This document shows, in pieces, positions 47,765 through 58,044 of a DNA stretch of 64,000 bases (its first letter is position 1; the number at the start of each line of letters is the position of its first letter). Both the position numbers and the translations under genes were made by a program. The DNA comes from Candidatus Melainabacteria bacterium 17Bon1m. GTDB taxonomy: Bacteria; Cyanobacteriota; Vampirovibrionia; Obscuribacterales; Obscuribacteraceae. The stretch covers positions 96,001-160,000 of the forward strand of contig JAVLKG010000004.1 of the NCBI GenBank assembly GCA_032128875.1. Reading direction: 5' to 3'. The notes beneath the pieces are model-generated. The model was not told the DNA's origin and did no database searches. It was given only the letters and a program-made list of their open reading frames with translations.

Positions 47765-48637
47765 ATGCCCAGGCTGAAAAAGACCATCGCAAATAAAACA
47801 AGGAAGCCCTCGCATGCAAGGGGTGGGCGAAAGCGCTCATCGGCAAATTTTGTCGAGCCGGTGCGGGAGCTTTTGATGCGCCGAGTCTCACGCGAAATTG
47901 ATCGGCGCGACTGGACTCAAGCGCAGGCTGCTGAATTTCTTGGCGTGACACAACCGCGCATCTCCGACTTGACTCGCGGTTTGACTGAAAACTTCACGAT
48001 CGATGCTCTGGTGCAATGGATTGGTTTGCTAGGGATGGAATTGCAGATTGACACTAAAAGCGGTGGCAATCAGTCAAGCATTTCAACGTGGTTTGATGTC
48101 AGTGAAGACACTATTCCGTTCTACACAAAATTGATTGCTGTCAGTCCTCAAAACACTGATAGTTACAGCAAAAGAGCCCAGGCTTATCATCAACTGGGGC
48201 AATACGATCTTGCTATCGGCGATTACACACGCGCCATGGAGCTTTCTGCTAATTTACAGCACCTGCGGATTAACCGAGCGCAGGCATATATTTGCCTCGG
48301 TCAATACGGTGCGGCTTTTATAGACTGCGATCAGTTGATTGCTCAGAAGCCTGATGATGAAACTTGCGCATGGGCTTACATTACTCGCGCCTCTGCTCAG
48401 CAGGCTCAATTAGATGATTCAGCTGCGCTGAGTGAATATGCAAAAGCAATTGAAGTGCTTCCAAATTTTGCAGCAGCGTATTTACATCGCGCAGCTTTGC
48501 ACGAACGCATCAACAACTATAAGGCAGCAATCAAAGACTTCTCGAAAGTATTAGAACTCGAGCCGAGCAATACTCAGGCTCGGCAACATCTGGAACATAT
48601 TCGCAAAAAGAGCGGGGAACACGGCGATGATGAATAG
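47765..48637 (+). CDS. XRE-type HTH fused to TPR repeats
   Basis: WTQAQAAEFLGVTQPRISDL..G...FTIDAL, followed by about 4 TPRs. Confidence 0.87.
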   Translation: MPRLKKTIANKTRKPSHARGGRKRSSANFVEPVRELLMRRVSREIDRRDWTQAQAAEFLGVTQPRISDLTRGLTENFTIDALVQWIGLLGMELQIDTKSGGNQSSISTWFDVSEDTIPFYTKLIAVSPQNTDSYSKRAQAYHQLGQYDLAIGDYTRAMELSANLQHLRINRAQAYICLGQYGAAFIDCDQLIAQKPDDETCAWAYITRASAQQAQLDDSAALSEYAKAIEVLPNFAAAYLHRAALHERINNYKAAIKDFSKVLELEPSNTQARQHLEHIRKKSGEHGDDE

Positions 48638-49049
48638 CTACAACATCGAAAGAATTTGCACCTCCAGCGCTGAAAAAGCGTTGTTGTTTGCGAAAGAAGA
48701 GGCGAAGAATTCCGGTCTTGATGTCGATGCAAGGCACTTGATGCTCGGTTTGCTTCGCGAAGGCAGGGGCATTGGTGCTAAGCACTTAAATCAAATGCGA
48801 GTAAGCGCTGATTCGGTCAGACAACTGGTGCATGAAGCACCAGCTGCCACCACATATTTTAGAGTCGGAGTTGAGAATCATCTGGAGCGTGCATTTGAAG
48901 AATGCACCAGATTAGGACACGACTTTATCGGGTCGGAACACTTGCTTTTAGCCATTCTTGAAGATGGTGACAACTGCGAGATTTTTAGAAAGCTGAATGT
49001 GAATGCGTCCGCAGAACGCAGCAATTTGCTGAACTTACTAGGTTCGTGA
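48627..49049 (+). CDS. Stand-alone Clp N-terminal (Clp_N) domain protein
   Basis: HLMLGLLREGRGIGAKHL and LGHDFIGSEHLLLAIL. Overlaps the upstream stop. Confidence 0.85.
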   Translation: MMNSYNIERICTSSAEKALLFAKEEAKNSGLDVDARHLMLGLLREGRGIGAKHLNQMRVSADSVRQLVHEAPAATTYFRVGVENHLERAFEECTRLGHDFIGSEHLLLAILEDGDNCEIFRKLNVNASAERSNLLNLLGS

Positions 49050-49064
49050 AACCGAAAGAAGCTT

Positions 49065-50243
49065 TTAGCCGCGAATTTCTTTTGCCCTGGATGAGACGCG
49101 TTTTGCTTCTGATTGCCTATTCGAGCGGTTCAATGCACCCGCATAACAATCGAGAAGCGCAGACAATGAAGCGTGACGTGGTCCGTTGATTTTCTCGGAA
49201 ATTTTGACTGCATCACCGTAATATTGTGCTGCCTGTCCACTGTTTCCTTGCTTGATGCAAATATGTCCAAGCTGGACTTCGCAATCCATCACGTACTTGC
49301 TGCCTTTTCCATAGCCTGATTCAAAGCTTGTAAGAGCTTCTTGGTAAAGTGATTTTGCTTCTGCGAGTTTTCCTAGATTGAGAAGGCACTGTCCAAGTCC
49401 GTCGATTTTTGCGAAGGTCTCAGGTTTGCAGCCACCCAAAGTCGTTTTGCTGATCTCCATGGCGCGACGATAAAGCGGTTCTGCCATGTGATATCTGCCT
49501 TCGTCGCAATAGAGTTTTGCGAGATTCTCCATGCTGGATGCGATCGCCATATGGTCTTTCGGCAGCACACCATGCCTCAGTGCCAGAGAGCGTTTGTAGA
49601 GTTGTTCTGACTGCTGAAATTTCTTCACGTCTTTGCATGAGCCGGCCAGACCATCAACCAGGACAGCCAATTCCAAGTAACTACCTGTGGTGACTTTTGA
49701 TGTTTGCCCCTGCGCTTGTTTTACAAAAATCTCGGCTTCTTCCAGCTCTTTATGATGTTTGTAGAACTTGTCCAAGGTTTCAAAAGCAAGCGCGACTTCG
49801 CGTTTTTCTTTGAGCTTTTGATCGACATAGCCGACTACGCGATTGCAGATCGGTTCGGCTTTAGCCGGATTGTTTTTGAGATGAAATTGGCAAAGTTTTG
49901 CTACTGCGGCAACAGTGTCGTAATTGTCCGGACCAAGTGCTTTTTGTTTGATGCGCACAGCTTGCTCGAAAAGCGGACCGGCTTTGGCGTTTTGCCCCCG
50001 GAAGCTATAAAGCACGCCTAAATTCGTCAACGACGTAGCCAGTCGCATATCATTTGGTCCGAATTTCTTAGCTTCTGCCAGCGATGCTTCGAAGTTGCGT
50101 TGGGCTACGCCGAAGTTGCCGCCTTCGTACGCTTTCGCACCATCCATCGTGTATTTGTTCCAGGCTGCTTCATCTGCAAGCGCCGGACTAGATAGGCAGG
50201 CCGCGAGCAGCGCCAGAGGCGTCAGTTTAATAAGAACTTTCAT
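49065..50243 (-). CDS. Exported TPR protein (kinesin-light-chain-like repeats)
   Basis: Signal peptide, LATSLTNLGVLY, AEPLYRRAMEI..LG. Confidence 0.87.
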   Translation of the reverse strand: MKVLIKLTPLALLAACLSSPALADEAAWNKYTMDGAKAYEGGNFGVAQRNFEASLAEAKKFGPNDMRLATSLTNLGVLYSFRGQNAKAGPLFEQAVRIKQKALGPDNYDTVAAVAKLCQFHLKNNPAKAEPICNRVVGYVDQKLKEKREVALAFETLDKFYKHHKELEEAEIFVKQAQGQTSKVTTGSYLELAVLVDGLAGSCKDVKKFQQSEQLYKRSLALRHGVLPKDHMAIASSMENLAKLYCDEGRYHMAEPLYRRAMEISKTTLGGCKPETFAKIDGLGQCLLNLGKLAEAKSLYQEALTSFESGYGKGSKYVMDCEVQLGHICIKQGNSGQAAQYYGDAVKISEKINGPRHASLSALLDCYAGALNRSNRQSEAKRVSSRAKEIRG

Positions 50244-50299
50244 TAACCGGGTCTGAGATTATTATGGGTCGCTTAGCAACCTCAGATTGTAACCCAGAC

Positions 50300-51202
50300 T
50301 TAGCCTAGAGCCCTAATGATCTGCTCGTCATTAAATAAACTCTTGGGAGTCAGATCTCCTGGCAACTGGTCGCAAGGCTCGACTGGCGCTTGATTCCCGT
50401 CAGCAATCATGCGGACCAGGGTGCGGGTGAGAATTGCTTCCTTTGATGAGTGCTCCTGTTCTTGTGCTTTGGAAAATTGGGCCATAACCAGTGACGGGAC
50501 CATCACGCAAGACCTTTTTAGCACTTTGGCCGTGCGCTTGCATGCTTCTGCATATGTAATTGCTTCCGGACCTTGAACATTCACGGTTTGTCTTTCCATT
50601 TGCTCGTCCAAAAGGGCGGCAAGCAGGACATTGACGAGATCGTCGACAGCTACAGGATTGATTTTCTTTTCGACTAAACCCACGGTCGGAATCATCGAAC
50701 CACGGTCCAGATGCTGCTTGATGGACGTCAGGAAGCGGTCGTTTTTGCCGTACACAATGGTCGGTTTAAGGATGGTGTAGTCGATTTCGCTGTTGCGAAT
50801 CAGTTGTTCGGCTTCCCACTTTGATTCGTAATACTTGTTGTAGCACTTCGGTCTGGCTCTCTGGCAGCTCACCATGACGATTTTCGACACTCCCGCTTTG
50901 CGTGCCGAGTGGATTAAATTGACCGTCGATTCAATATGATTTTTGTAAAAGTCGCCGGAATGCGGCTCATAGTTGATGCCTGCAAGGTGGGCGACTACGT
51001 CGCAGCCTTGTATAGCAAGGAAAAGCTTGTTGGCATCGGAAAGTGAAACGGGCGTGTACGGGGCATTGGTGAGGCTGCGGATGGAATCATCACGGTGATT
51101 CAATCCCCTTGCCAAAATCCGCGGGTGATGCCCTTTGGAAACCAACGCGCGTGCCAAGTGTGAGCCTATGAACCCTGTGCCGCCGGTAATCGCTACGTTC
51201 AC
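50300..51202 (-). CDS. NAD(P)-binding SDR, NDUFA9/epimerase-like
   Basis: ITGGTGFIG, HLAGI, YYESKWEAE, LKPTIVYG. Confidence 0.88.
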   Translation of the reverse strand: MNVAITGGTGFIGSHLARALVSKGHHPRILARGLNHRDDSIRSLTNAPYTPVSLSDANKLFLAIQGCDVVAHLAGINYEPHSGDFYKNHIESTVNLIHSARKAGVSKIVMVSCQRARPKCYNKYYESKWEAEQLIRNSEIDYTILKPTIVYGKNDRFLTSIKQHLDRGSMIPTVGLVEKKINPVAVDDLVNVLLAALLDEQMERQTVNVQGPEAITYAEACKRTAKVLKRSCVMVPSLVMAQFSKAQEQEHSSKEAILTRTLVRMIADGNQAPVEPCDQLPGDLTPKSLFNDEQIIRALG

Positions 51203-51417
51203 GCTTCCCTCTCTTGCAACGAGACTTGAGTATTCATAGGTGCAGCCGTCAAAGACTTTAGCAGTTAATCGCCATACCAAACATACCCTTCAATTATCGC
51301 TCTGCAGAACTTACTGGAAATTGCCGTCGGATGCCACTTTTTACGTTTTTGCTGTATCTTTAGTAATTCTTCTATAGTAAATTTCCCGGCGACACGTAAA
51401 AAGGCTGAGGCTCATTA

Positions 51418-54186
51418 ATGGTGAACACCCTAGATTCAGTTGACAAGGTAGAGCAAACGATTAAGGAGCTGGGCATTCGCCGAGTCACTGAATCGAAGAA
51501 CGTAGTTGAGTATGCGCTCGACAACGGGTTGAAGGTTCTCTTCTTGGAGAATCACACCTCGCCGGTTATCACTCTTCTAGTGGTTTACAAGGTCGGCAGT
51601 CGTAACGAAGCCGTCGGTTACACCGGCTCCACTCACTTCCTGGAGCACATGCTCTTCAAAGGAACCAAGAAGCACAATGCCGAGAAAGGAAATGGCATTG
51701 ATGACCTGCTGACGCAAATCGGCGCTTATTGGAACGCCACCACCTGGTTCGACCGCACTAGTTATTTCGAGGTTGTGCCGTCTGAGTATTTGGAATTGTG
51801 CGTCGAGCTGGAAGCTGACCGTATGCGCAACTTGCTTCTGAGACAGGAAGACCACGATTCAGAAATGTCTGTAGTGCGCAACGAAATGGAGCGCGGTGAG
51901 AATTATCCGGAAGAAGCAATTGAGAAAGAGCTCTACGCAATTGCATTCCGCGAACATCCTTATCACCATCCGACTATCGGCTGGCGCTCAGACGTTGAAG
52001 GCGTCGACATGGATCGCTTGAGAGAGTTTTACAACACCTTCTATTGGCCCAACAATGCCACCGTCATTCTGGTCGGCGACTTCGAGCCATCCAAGGCGTT
52101 GGGTCATATGCACAAGTATTTCGGCAAAATTCCGAAGTCACCACACCCGATACCGCAGGTTTATACGACCGAACCGCCGCAAGAAGGCGAACGTCGGTTT
52201 GAAATCCATCGCGCCGGTGATTTGCCAAAGGTGTGGATGGGCTATCACGTGCCGGAAGCAAGTCACGCAGACAATTATCCTCTGGCTGTAATTCGCCACA
52301 TCCTCGGTTCGACCTACGAGCGCTCAAGTCGCTTGTATAAGAAGCTCATTGACTCGAGTATCGCTGCTGAGGTTTTTGCGCGTCATGATGACTTGAGAGA
52401 TCCCGCGCTCTTTATTCTGGGTGCGACACTCAATCCTGATGTTGATATTGAGAAAGCCGAGACGGCCATCTTCGAAGAACTGGAGCGTCTTGCCAAAGAG
52501 CCGGTCAACGATGATGAATTGGAGCGCGCCCGCAGCGCAAATCGTAAGGGCACCATTCTTTCTAAAGCTGATCCTTCGAGCCTCGCATTCATGCTTGGCG
52601 AAGCTGAGTCGAAAGCAGACTGGCATTGGCTCATGGACTATGATGACAAATTCGATGCAGTCACAAAAGACGACATCATGAAGACAGCAGCTAAGTACTT
52701 CGTGAAGTCGAATAGAACTGTCGGTCGCTTTTTCCCGAAAGCACTGGAAGACGGATTGACCGACTTTTCTGCGGACGAATCGGATGAAGAAGGCGATGAG
52801 ATGCCGGTAGAAGCTGCCAAATCCCATGGTAAACCGGAAGAGATTAATGTCGCTGAGTTTTTGAACAGCAGACCGCCGGTAGCAAAAGTAAAAGCTGCCA
52901 AGTCATCGACCAAGACTCCTTCTTTCGAAAGCCGTGTCGTCAAAGAAGTTTTGCCGAATGGACTGACACTTCTCTTGTTGAGAAATCCGGGCACTGAATC
53001 TATCGGCATTACCTCCACCACCAAGGCCGGGAAATTCTTCTCGTATAAAGAACCAGGCGCATTGCCTGATTTCACTGCAGATTTGATGACCAAGGGTTCG
53101 AAGAACTACGGCAAGATCGAGATTGCCGAAATTCTGGAAAACATGGGCATCTCCGGAAGCCTCGAGTTTTCTGTCGATAACTATCGCATGAGCTTTGGCT
53201 CTCACTTGGTCGCGAGCGATTTGCCGCAATTCACCGATTTGCTCGCTGACGTTATGCGCAATCCACTCTTCTTAGAAGAGGAGCTTGCGAAAACCAAAAT
53301 TGAATGGCGTGCCAGATTGACGGAAGCAATGAGCAATACCAGGCTAATGGCCTGGAATGCGGTTCGCCGTTCGCTCTATCATCCAGACCATCCTTTCTAT
53401 GAGCAAACCTATGAGGAACAGCTCCAGGAAATTGACAGCATTCACTCCGGCGATCTCAGCAAACTTCATTCGAGATTGTTCGGGCCGAAAGGCACGATTT
53501 TGACCCTTGTCGGCGATATGGATGTAGATAAGACAATCGCGTTGATGCGAGACAAATTCGGTGATTGGCAAGGCAACGATCCACTTTCGATTGAAATTCC
53601 ATCTGTCAAATTGCCTGCTAAGGGACAGCGTATCGATATTCAGTTGAAAGACAAGCGCTCAACCGATTTGATCATGGCTCATACCACAGAGCTGCAGCGC
53701 AATTCGAAAGACTTCTATGCCGCCAAGCTGGCTAACGCCGCTCTTGGCCAAGACACGATTACCTCCAGACTCGGTCAAGTGGTGCGCGACAAAGCCGGTC
53801 TGACTTATGGCATCTACTCGAGTTTCTCCGATACTGCATACGGTGCAGCTCCCTGGTCCATATCTCTGAGCGTCAATCCAGCCAACTTGGATCGCTCTCT
53901 GGCACTGGTATCGGAAGTGGTGCAAGACTATCTGAAGAACGGCATCTCAAAAGACGAGCTGGCAAAAGAGACAGGTCGTGCTCTGGGCACTTTCAAGGTC
54001 GGTTTAAGTTCGTCTCTGGGAATTGCCAGAGCTCTCACCGAGTTTGAGTTCCTGGGATTAGGTGCAAAAGAATTGGATCGAATCACCGATCACTATCTCT
54101 CTTTGACAAAAGAGAAAGTAGACGCAGCCGCGCGCAATTACTTCCACCCGGACAAGGCGGTAACCGTAGCGAGCGGTACCTTCTAA
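51418..54186 (+). CDS. M16 zinc peptidase, fused, no signal peptide
   Basis: HFLEH, NATTWFDRT, LEADRM, HPYHHP, SRL...VRDKAGLTYGI. Confidence 0.93.
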   Translation: MVNTLDSVDKVEQTIKELGIRRVTESKNVVEYALDNGLKVLFLENHTSPVITLLVVYKVGSRNEAVGYTGSTHFLEHMLFKGTKKHNAEKGNGIDDLLTQIGAYWNATTWFDRTSYFEVVPSEYLELCVELEADRMRNLLLRQEDHDSEMSVVRNEMERGENYPEEAIEKELYAIAFREHPYHHPTIGWRSDVEGVDMDRLREFYNTFYWPNNATVILVGDFEPSKALGHMHKYFGKIPKSPHPIPQVYTTEPPQEGERRFEIHRAGDLPKVWMGYHVPEASHADNYPLAVIRHILGSTYERSSRLYKKLIDSSIAAEVFARHDDLRDPALFILGATLNPDVDIEKAETAIFEELERLAKEPVNDDELERARSANRKGTILSKADPSSLAFMLGEAESKADWHWLMDYDDKFDAVTKDDIMKTAAKYFVKSNRTVGRFFPKALEDGLTDFSADESDEEGDEMPVEAAKSHGKPEEINVAEFLNSRPPVAKVKAAKSSTKTPSFESRVVKEVLPNGLTLLLLRNPGTESIGITSTTKAGKFFSYKEPGALPDFTADLMTKGSKNYGKIEIAEILENMGISGSLEFSVDNYRMSFGSHLVASDLPQFTDLLADVMRNPLFLEEELAKTKIEWRARLTEAMSNTRLMAWNAVRRSLYHPDHPFYEQTYEEQLQEIDSIHSGDLSKLHSRLFGPKGTILTLVGDMDVDKTIALMRDKFGDWQGNDPLSIEIPSVKLPAKGQRIDIQLKDKRSTDLIMAHTTELQRNSKDFYAAKLANAALGQDTITSRLGQVVRDKAGLTYGIYSSFSDTAYGAAPWSISLSVNPANLDRSLALVSEVVQDYLKNGISKDELAKETGRALGTFKVGLSSSLGIARALTEFEFLGLGAKELDRITDHYLSLTKEKVDAAARNYFHPDKAVTVASGTF

Positions 54187-54349
54187 TAGAACTAAAGCCT
54201 ACCAGTAGAACCGAAGCCCAACTAAAAGTTCGACGGTCGATTGTAATTCGACTGATAACTTCATTTGAGCGACCTAAGATAAAAAAACATATCCAAGCGG
54301 TACTGTATGAGATACCATGGTGGCACTAGTCTAGAAAGCGAGTGCGCAG

Positions 54350-54973
54350 ATGACATTTACCAATCAGACCACGAGTTTTGAACCTACGAGCTTTGATCCC
54401 GCCAGTTTGGAGGGTCTTGAGCCTTTGCTGGACAAGGTTTTTTCAGCAGATCCAACTGTGCGTCTAGAGCATCCCGATGTCAGACCTTTTATGTCACCGG
54501 TGGCGAAGCTTCCCACCCGCACCACAGACAGTGGCGACATTCTAGGCGCGGATGATGACGAGATCATTTCAGGCACTTCCAGATCCTCTGAGAGCGCCGA
54601 TGCCTCGCTGGTGATCAACGAGCTGTGCGCCACAATTGATCTGTTGCGTGCCCAGTTGGCTTTTTCGAGCTCCGAACTGCGTTTTGCTAATGACAGAAAT
54701 CGATGGCTTGAAATGCAGATGGCCACCAAGGACGATCAATTGAGATTGATGCCCGATTTGATGACTCGTGCCTCGCAAGTAACCATCGCCGAGCGCGAAT
54801 TGAAAGACATTCAGCTGGATGCGGATCGCCTCCTTGAAGAGACCAGAGAAATCAGAGAAATCGCCGAGCAGCTCTCAGCCAGCCTGAACGAATCGCTCAA
54901 AGATTTGGAAGAGATTAATAAGCCAATATGGCAAAAAATCTGGGAATTCTTGATGCGTCCGATCTGGCAATAA
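54350..54973 (+). CDS. Coiled-coil protein
   Basis: Heptad-rich C-terminal half. Terminal KPIWQKIWEFL. Confidence 0.72.
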   Translation: MTFTNQTTSFEPTSFDPASLEGLEPLLDKVFSADPTVRLEHPDVRPFMSPVAKLPTRTTDSGDILGADDDEIISGTSRSSESADASLVINELCATIDLLRAQLAFSSSELRFANDRNRWLEMQMATKDDQLRLMPDLMTRASQVTIAERELKDIQLDADRLLEETREIREIAEQLSASLNESLKDLEEINKPIWQKIWEFLMRPIWQ

Positions 54974-54993
54974 GCTGAGCGTAGCTATTTCGA

Positions 54994-55704
54994 ATGAAGC
55001 TGCTAGCCTCGACTTTTGCTGTGTTAATGGCTTGCTGTTTAGCTTCCGCAGCTGAGAGTAAAGGACAAAATTCCGTCCTGATCGACAGAAAAAGCAGAAG
55101 CCTATCCATAGTCAATCAGGCAGGAAGAATTTTGCTTTCGTGTCCGATAGGAATAGGCCGGGGTCCGCTGAAAGAGAAATCCAGCATGCAAGATTGCATT
55201 ACTCCCACAGGCGCATTCACGGTTGATGTTGTTCTTACCGACACGCCGGCACTCAATCAAATTGATAAAAGCACGAAGGAGCGAATCGAAAGAGATGCTC
55301 GTTTTCGGCAATTTGTGAAAGATGGGGATGGGCTTGCAAAAGTTTTCCGCACCATGAACGAGCAAGATTTCAATCGTGACGGCGCGCCGGACAAAGCATA
55401 CGGTCTTGCCTTTTTAGGCTTGCAGGGAAAAAACACAGGACCCAAGCTTATTGCCGCAGGTAAATCTGCCAGATGGTATTCAATTGCTCTACACGGAACA
55501 CCAAATGAAGCGAGAGCGATCGGTGGCGCCACCTCCGAAGGATGCATCCATCTTTCCAGAGAGTCGCTTAAGACGATCTTGGATGCGCATTTTGTTGGTG
55601 TTGGAACATCTGTATATATAAATGATGGTGTTAAAGACGTTGTTCTTGTAAAGAGAAAGTCATTCGCTGATGACAACCAAGAGCAAGTCAGGATGCGGAA
55701 TTAA
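54994..55704 (+). CDS. L,D-transpeptidase (YkuD family)
   Basis: TPTGAF, IALHGT...TSEGCIHL. Confidence 0.87.
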   Translation: MKLLASTFAVLMACCLASAAESKGQNSVLIDRKSRSLSIVNQAGRILLSCPIGIGRGPLKEKSSMQDCITPTGAFTVDVVLTDTPALNQIDKSTKERIERDARFRQFVKDGDGLAKVFRTMNEQDFNRDGAPDKAYGLAFLGLQGKNTGPKLIAAGKSARWYSIALHGTPNEARAIGGATSEGCIHLSRESLKTILDAHFVGVGTSVYINDGVKDVVLVKRKSFADDNQEQVRMRN

Positions 55705-55830
55705 GGTACACAAACAGAAATACCCAGCCGTTTTGTGAATTGTCAAGAGATGCAAGCATATCGAATCATGGTAATTTGTCAGCCGCCCACGAGAGTAGTC
55801 TCAATAAGTCAGAAGGGCTAAGGAGAGGTT

Positions 55831-56418
55831 ATGCGAAAAGTAGTTGCTCAGAGTGTAATGATGTCCTTGTTGACCGTTTGTCTCGGAAGCCAAAGTTTGG
55901 CTCAACATTGGACGAAGAAGCCTTTTGACGCAACATACGATGTTCAGTCCGCAGCTGGAAAGTCTTCTTTGCGCATGGTGACTGACGGACAAGGTCGTGT
56001 TCGCAATGAGATGAGCACTGCCGCAGGCAAGATGATCTCTATTCTCGACCAGCCGAACAAAGTTATGTATTCGATCATGGAATCTCAGCGCATGGTCATG
56101 AAGATGCCCTATCAAGAAACTGGTGCGGGCATTACTGACGAACAATCCGCCAAGGCGATGAATGCTAAGTCTCTTGGCACCAAAGTGATTGATGGACACC
56201 CATGCCACGGTTGGCAGACTGTATCGAAAGGTGCCACCACCGACAGTTGGACTGGTGATGATATCGGTTGCGTCGTTCTTTCGACCACCAAAGGTCCGGG
56301 ATATGACAGCAGTATGAAGCTGCTCAAATACTCTGCTGCTAAGCCGAGCCCATCGGATTTTGCGGTTCCATCAGGCTACAAAGTAATGGATATGCCGGGC
56401 TCAGCCGCGGTACGTTGA
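55831..56418 (+). CDS. Exported DUF4412/LolA-like protein
   Basis: Signal peptide, RVRNEM, SLGTKVIDGHPC, FAVPSGY. Confidence 0.75.
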   Translation: MRKVVAQSVMMSLLTVCLGSQSLAQHWTKKPFDATYDVQSAAGKSSLRMVTDGQGRVRNEMSTAAGKMISILDQPNKVMYSIMESQRMVMKMPYQETGAGITDEQSAKAMNAKSLGTKVIDGHPCHGWQTVSKGATTDSWTGDDIGCVVLSTTKGPGYDSSMKLLKYSAAKPSPSDFAVPSGYKVMDMPGSAAVR

Positions 56419-56434
56419 TCGTCAGGGAAAAGTA

Positions 56435-56761
56435 ATGCAAAAACAATTAGTAGTCAGAGGCTGCGCCGCATTTTTGATCACATGCGCTTCGCTGGCTTCT
56501 GGGCTCTTTTTTTCTGCCTCTGTAGCACAGCCTACGGAGCCCGAAATGCAGGTTGTTGTTGTGCCCAGACTTGATTTGGAAAAAGGCAGCACGCCGACAG
56601 AGAGCAGCCTGGAAGAGAAGAAATTAGAAAAACGTCTGGCGCCGGTTAATGCAGTTGCTGGAATATCTGAGGTTGTCGGTCGCACTCTCAAGCGCAAGAA
56701 GATGAAAGGCTCAATCATTATGATTGAAGACCTGGCGAGACCCGGCGATAAACTCGACTAG
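56435..56761 (+). CDS. Exported SAF-domain protein
   Basis: VVVVPRLDLEKG...VVGRTLKR...GSIIMIEDL. Confidence 0.7.
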   Translation: MQKQLVVRGCAAFLITCASLASGLFFSASVAQPTEPEMQVVVVPRLDLEKGSTPTESSLEEKKLEKRLAPVNAVAGISEVVGRTLKRKKMKGSIIMIEDLARPGDKLD

Positions 56762-56781
56762 AAAAACAGTGTGGTAGCGGT

Positions 56782-57501
56782 ATGTTTCCCGAAGACATTG
56801 TCACTCGCATGCTTCAAAAGTATGCATCGTGTTCTTCGTATGAGGACAGCGGCTATCTCGAGAGTTTTCTCGAAGGAGAAGAGAGAACGCACGGTTTTTA
56901 TTTGAAGTTTCGCACCTGGTACAAACGTCCGTTCCATTTTCGCTTTGAATGGATCTCGCGGGATTTTCTCGATGCTTCCTGGAAAGAATATGTAGTAGGA
57001 TGCGACGGCTCTGTCGCGTTTTCCAAAGATTTAGAAAACGGCATCAAAATACAGTCCAGTTTGAAATATGCCATTGCCGAAGCAAACACGCCTTCACGCA
57101 ACTCCATCACGCAAATTACCCAACACTTCCCTGATCTTGATTTGCTTCCGATTGCCTGGCTAGATCGTCACAAAGACCTGACCTTAATAGGCAAAGAATC
57201 CGCAAATGATATTGAGTGTTATTGTGTGGCAAGCACTGTGAAAAACCCGCATGACAAAATCATTTGGGTGTCTTGCGAAGACTACTCTCTGCGGCGCGTA
57301 AAAACTTATACTAAAGTGTCTTCGAATATTTCCAATGAAGTGTTGGACCTCGCTAAAAAGATCGCACTCAAAGAAGTAGACTCTATGGCTTTGTCTCCTA
57401 CCCAAAGACCAGAGAAGCGCTGTTATATCGAGACGAATTACGAAGAAGTGTCATTCGACAAAGAATTGCCGGATGATTTTTTCACTTTGCCTTCGGAATA
57501 A
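56782..57501 (+). CDS. LolA-like fold hypothetical protein
   Basis: RPFHFRFEW, ECYCV, IWVSCEDYSLRR, FDKELPDDFF. Confidence 0.65.
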   Translation: MFPEDIVTRMLQKYASCSSYEDSGYLESFLEGEERTHGFYLKFRTWYKRPFHFRFEWISRDFLDASWKEYVVGCDGSVAFSKDLENGIKIQSSLKYAIAEANTPSRNSITQITQHFPDLDLLPIAWLDRHKDLTLIGKESANDIECYCVASTVKNPHDKIIWVSCEDYSLRRVKTYTKVSSNISNEVLDLAKKIALKEVDSMALSPTQRPEKRCYIETNYEEVSFDKELPDDFFTLPSE

Positions 57502-57507
57502 ACTTCG

Positions 57508-57954
57508 ATGTTTCGTAAAGCTTTGGAGGCGGACTTGCCTCACGTTCAAGAACTTGTCGATGTTTTATATCAGTCAGATCCGAACACTCAGGATGTGACC
57601 ACCAACGTCAGACGAACATTCTTGGAGTTTGAATCGAAGCCGGACAAGGGACAGTTGATTGTCTTTGAAGACAATAGCGAGATTGTCGGCTATTGCATTA
57701 TCATCTTCTTCTGGAGCAACGAGTATGGTGGCAATGTAATCGACATTGATGAAATTTGTATTGCTCAAGACAAACGCCGCTCGTCAATTGCGACCGATTT
57801 GATCAATTGGTTGGAGACAACTTTCGCAGACGATGCTGTTGGTTTTAGTTTGGAAATTGCGCATCACAACAGCCCCGCGCAAAACTTGGCTATGAAAATG
57901 GGTTTTTCACCCGTGCGAAATCAACACATGATCAAAATTACTAAGACGAAATGA
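57508..57954 (+). CDS. GNAT N-acetyltransferase
   Basis: IVGY, IDEICIAQDKRRSSIA, N.PAQNL..KMGF. Confidence 0.85.
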   Translation: MFRKALEADLPHVQELVDVLYQSDPNTQDVTTNVRRTFLEFESKPDKGQLIVFEDNSEIVGYCIIIFFWSNEYGGNVIDIDEICIAQDKRRSSIATDLINWLETTFADDAVGFSLEIAHHNSPAQNLAMKMGFSPVRNQHMIKITKTK

Positions 57955-58044
57955 GGAAATAGGGAACCTGAAAGTACCGCTGCTCGGGTTGCTTTGTGGA
58001 GGGCGCTGCATGGTTTTTCCAAAGTCGTGGCAACAACCTAGCGT

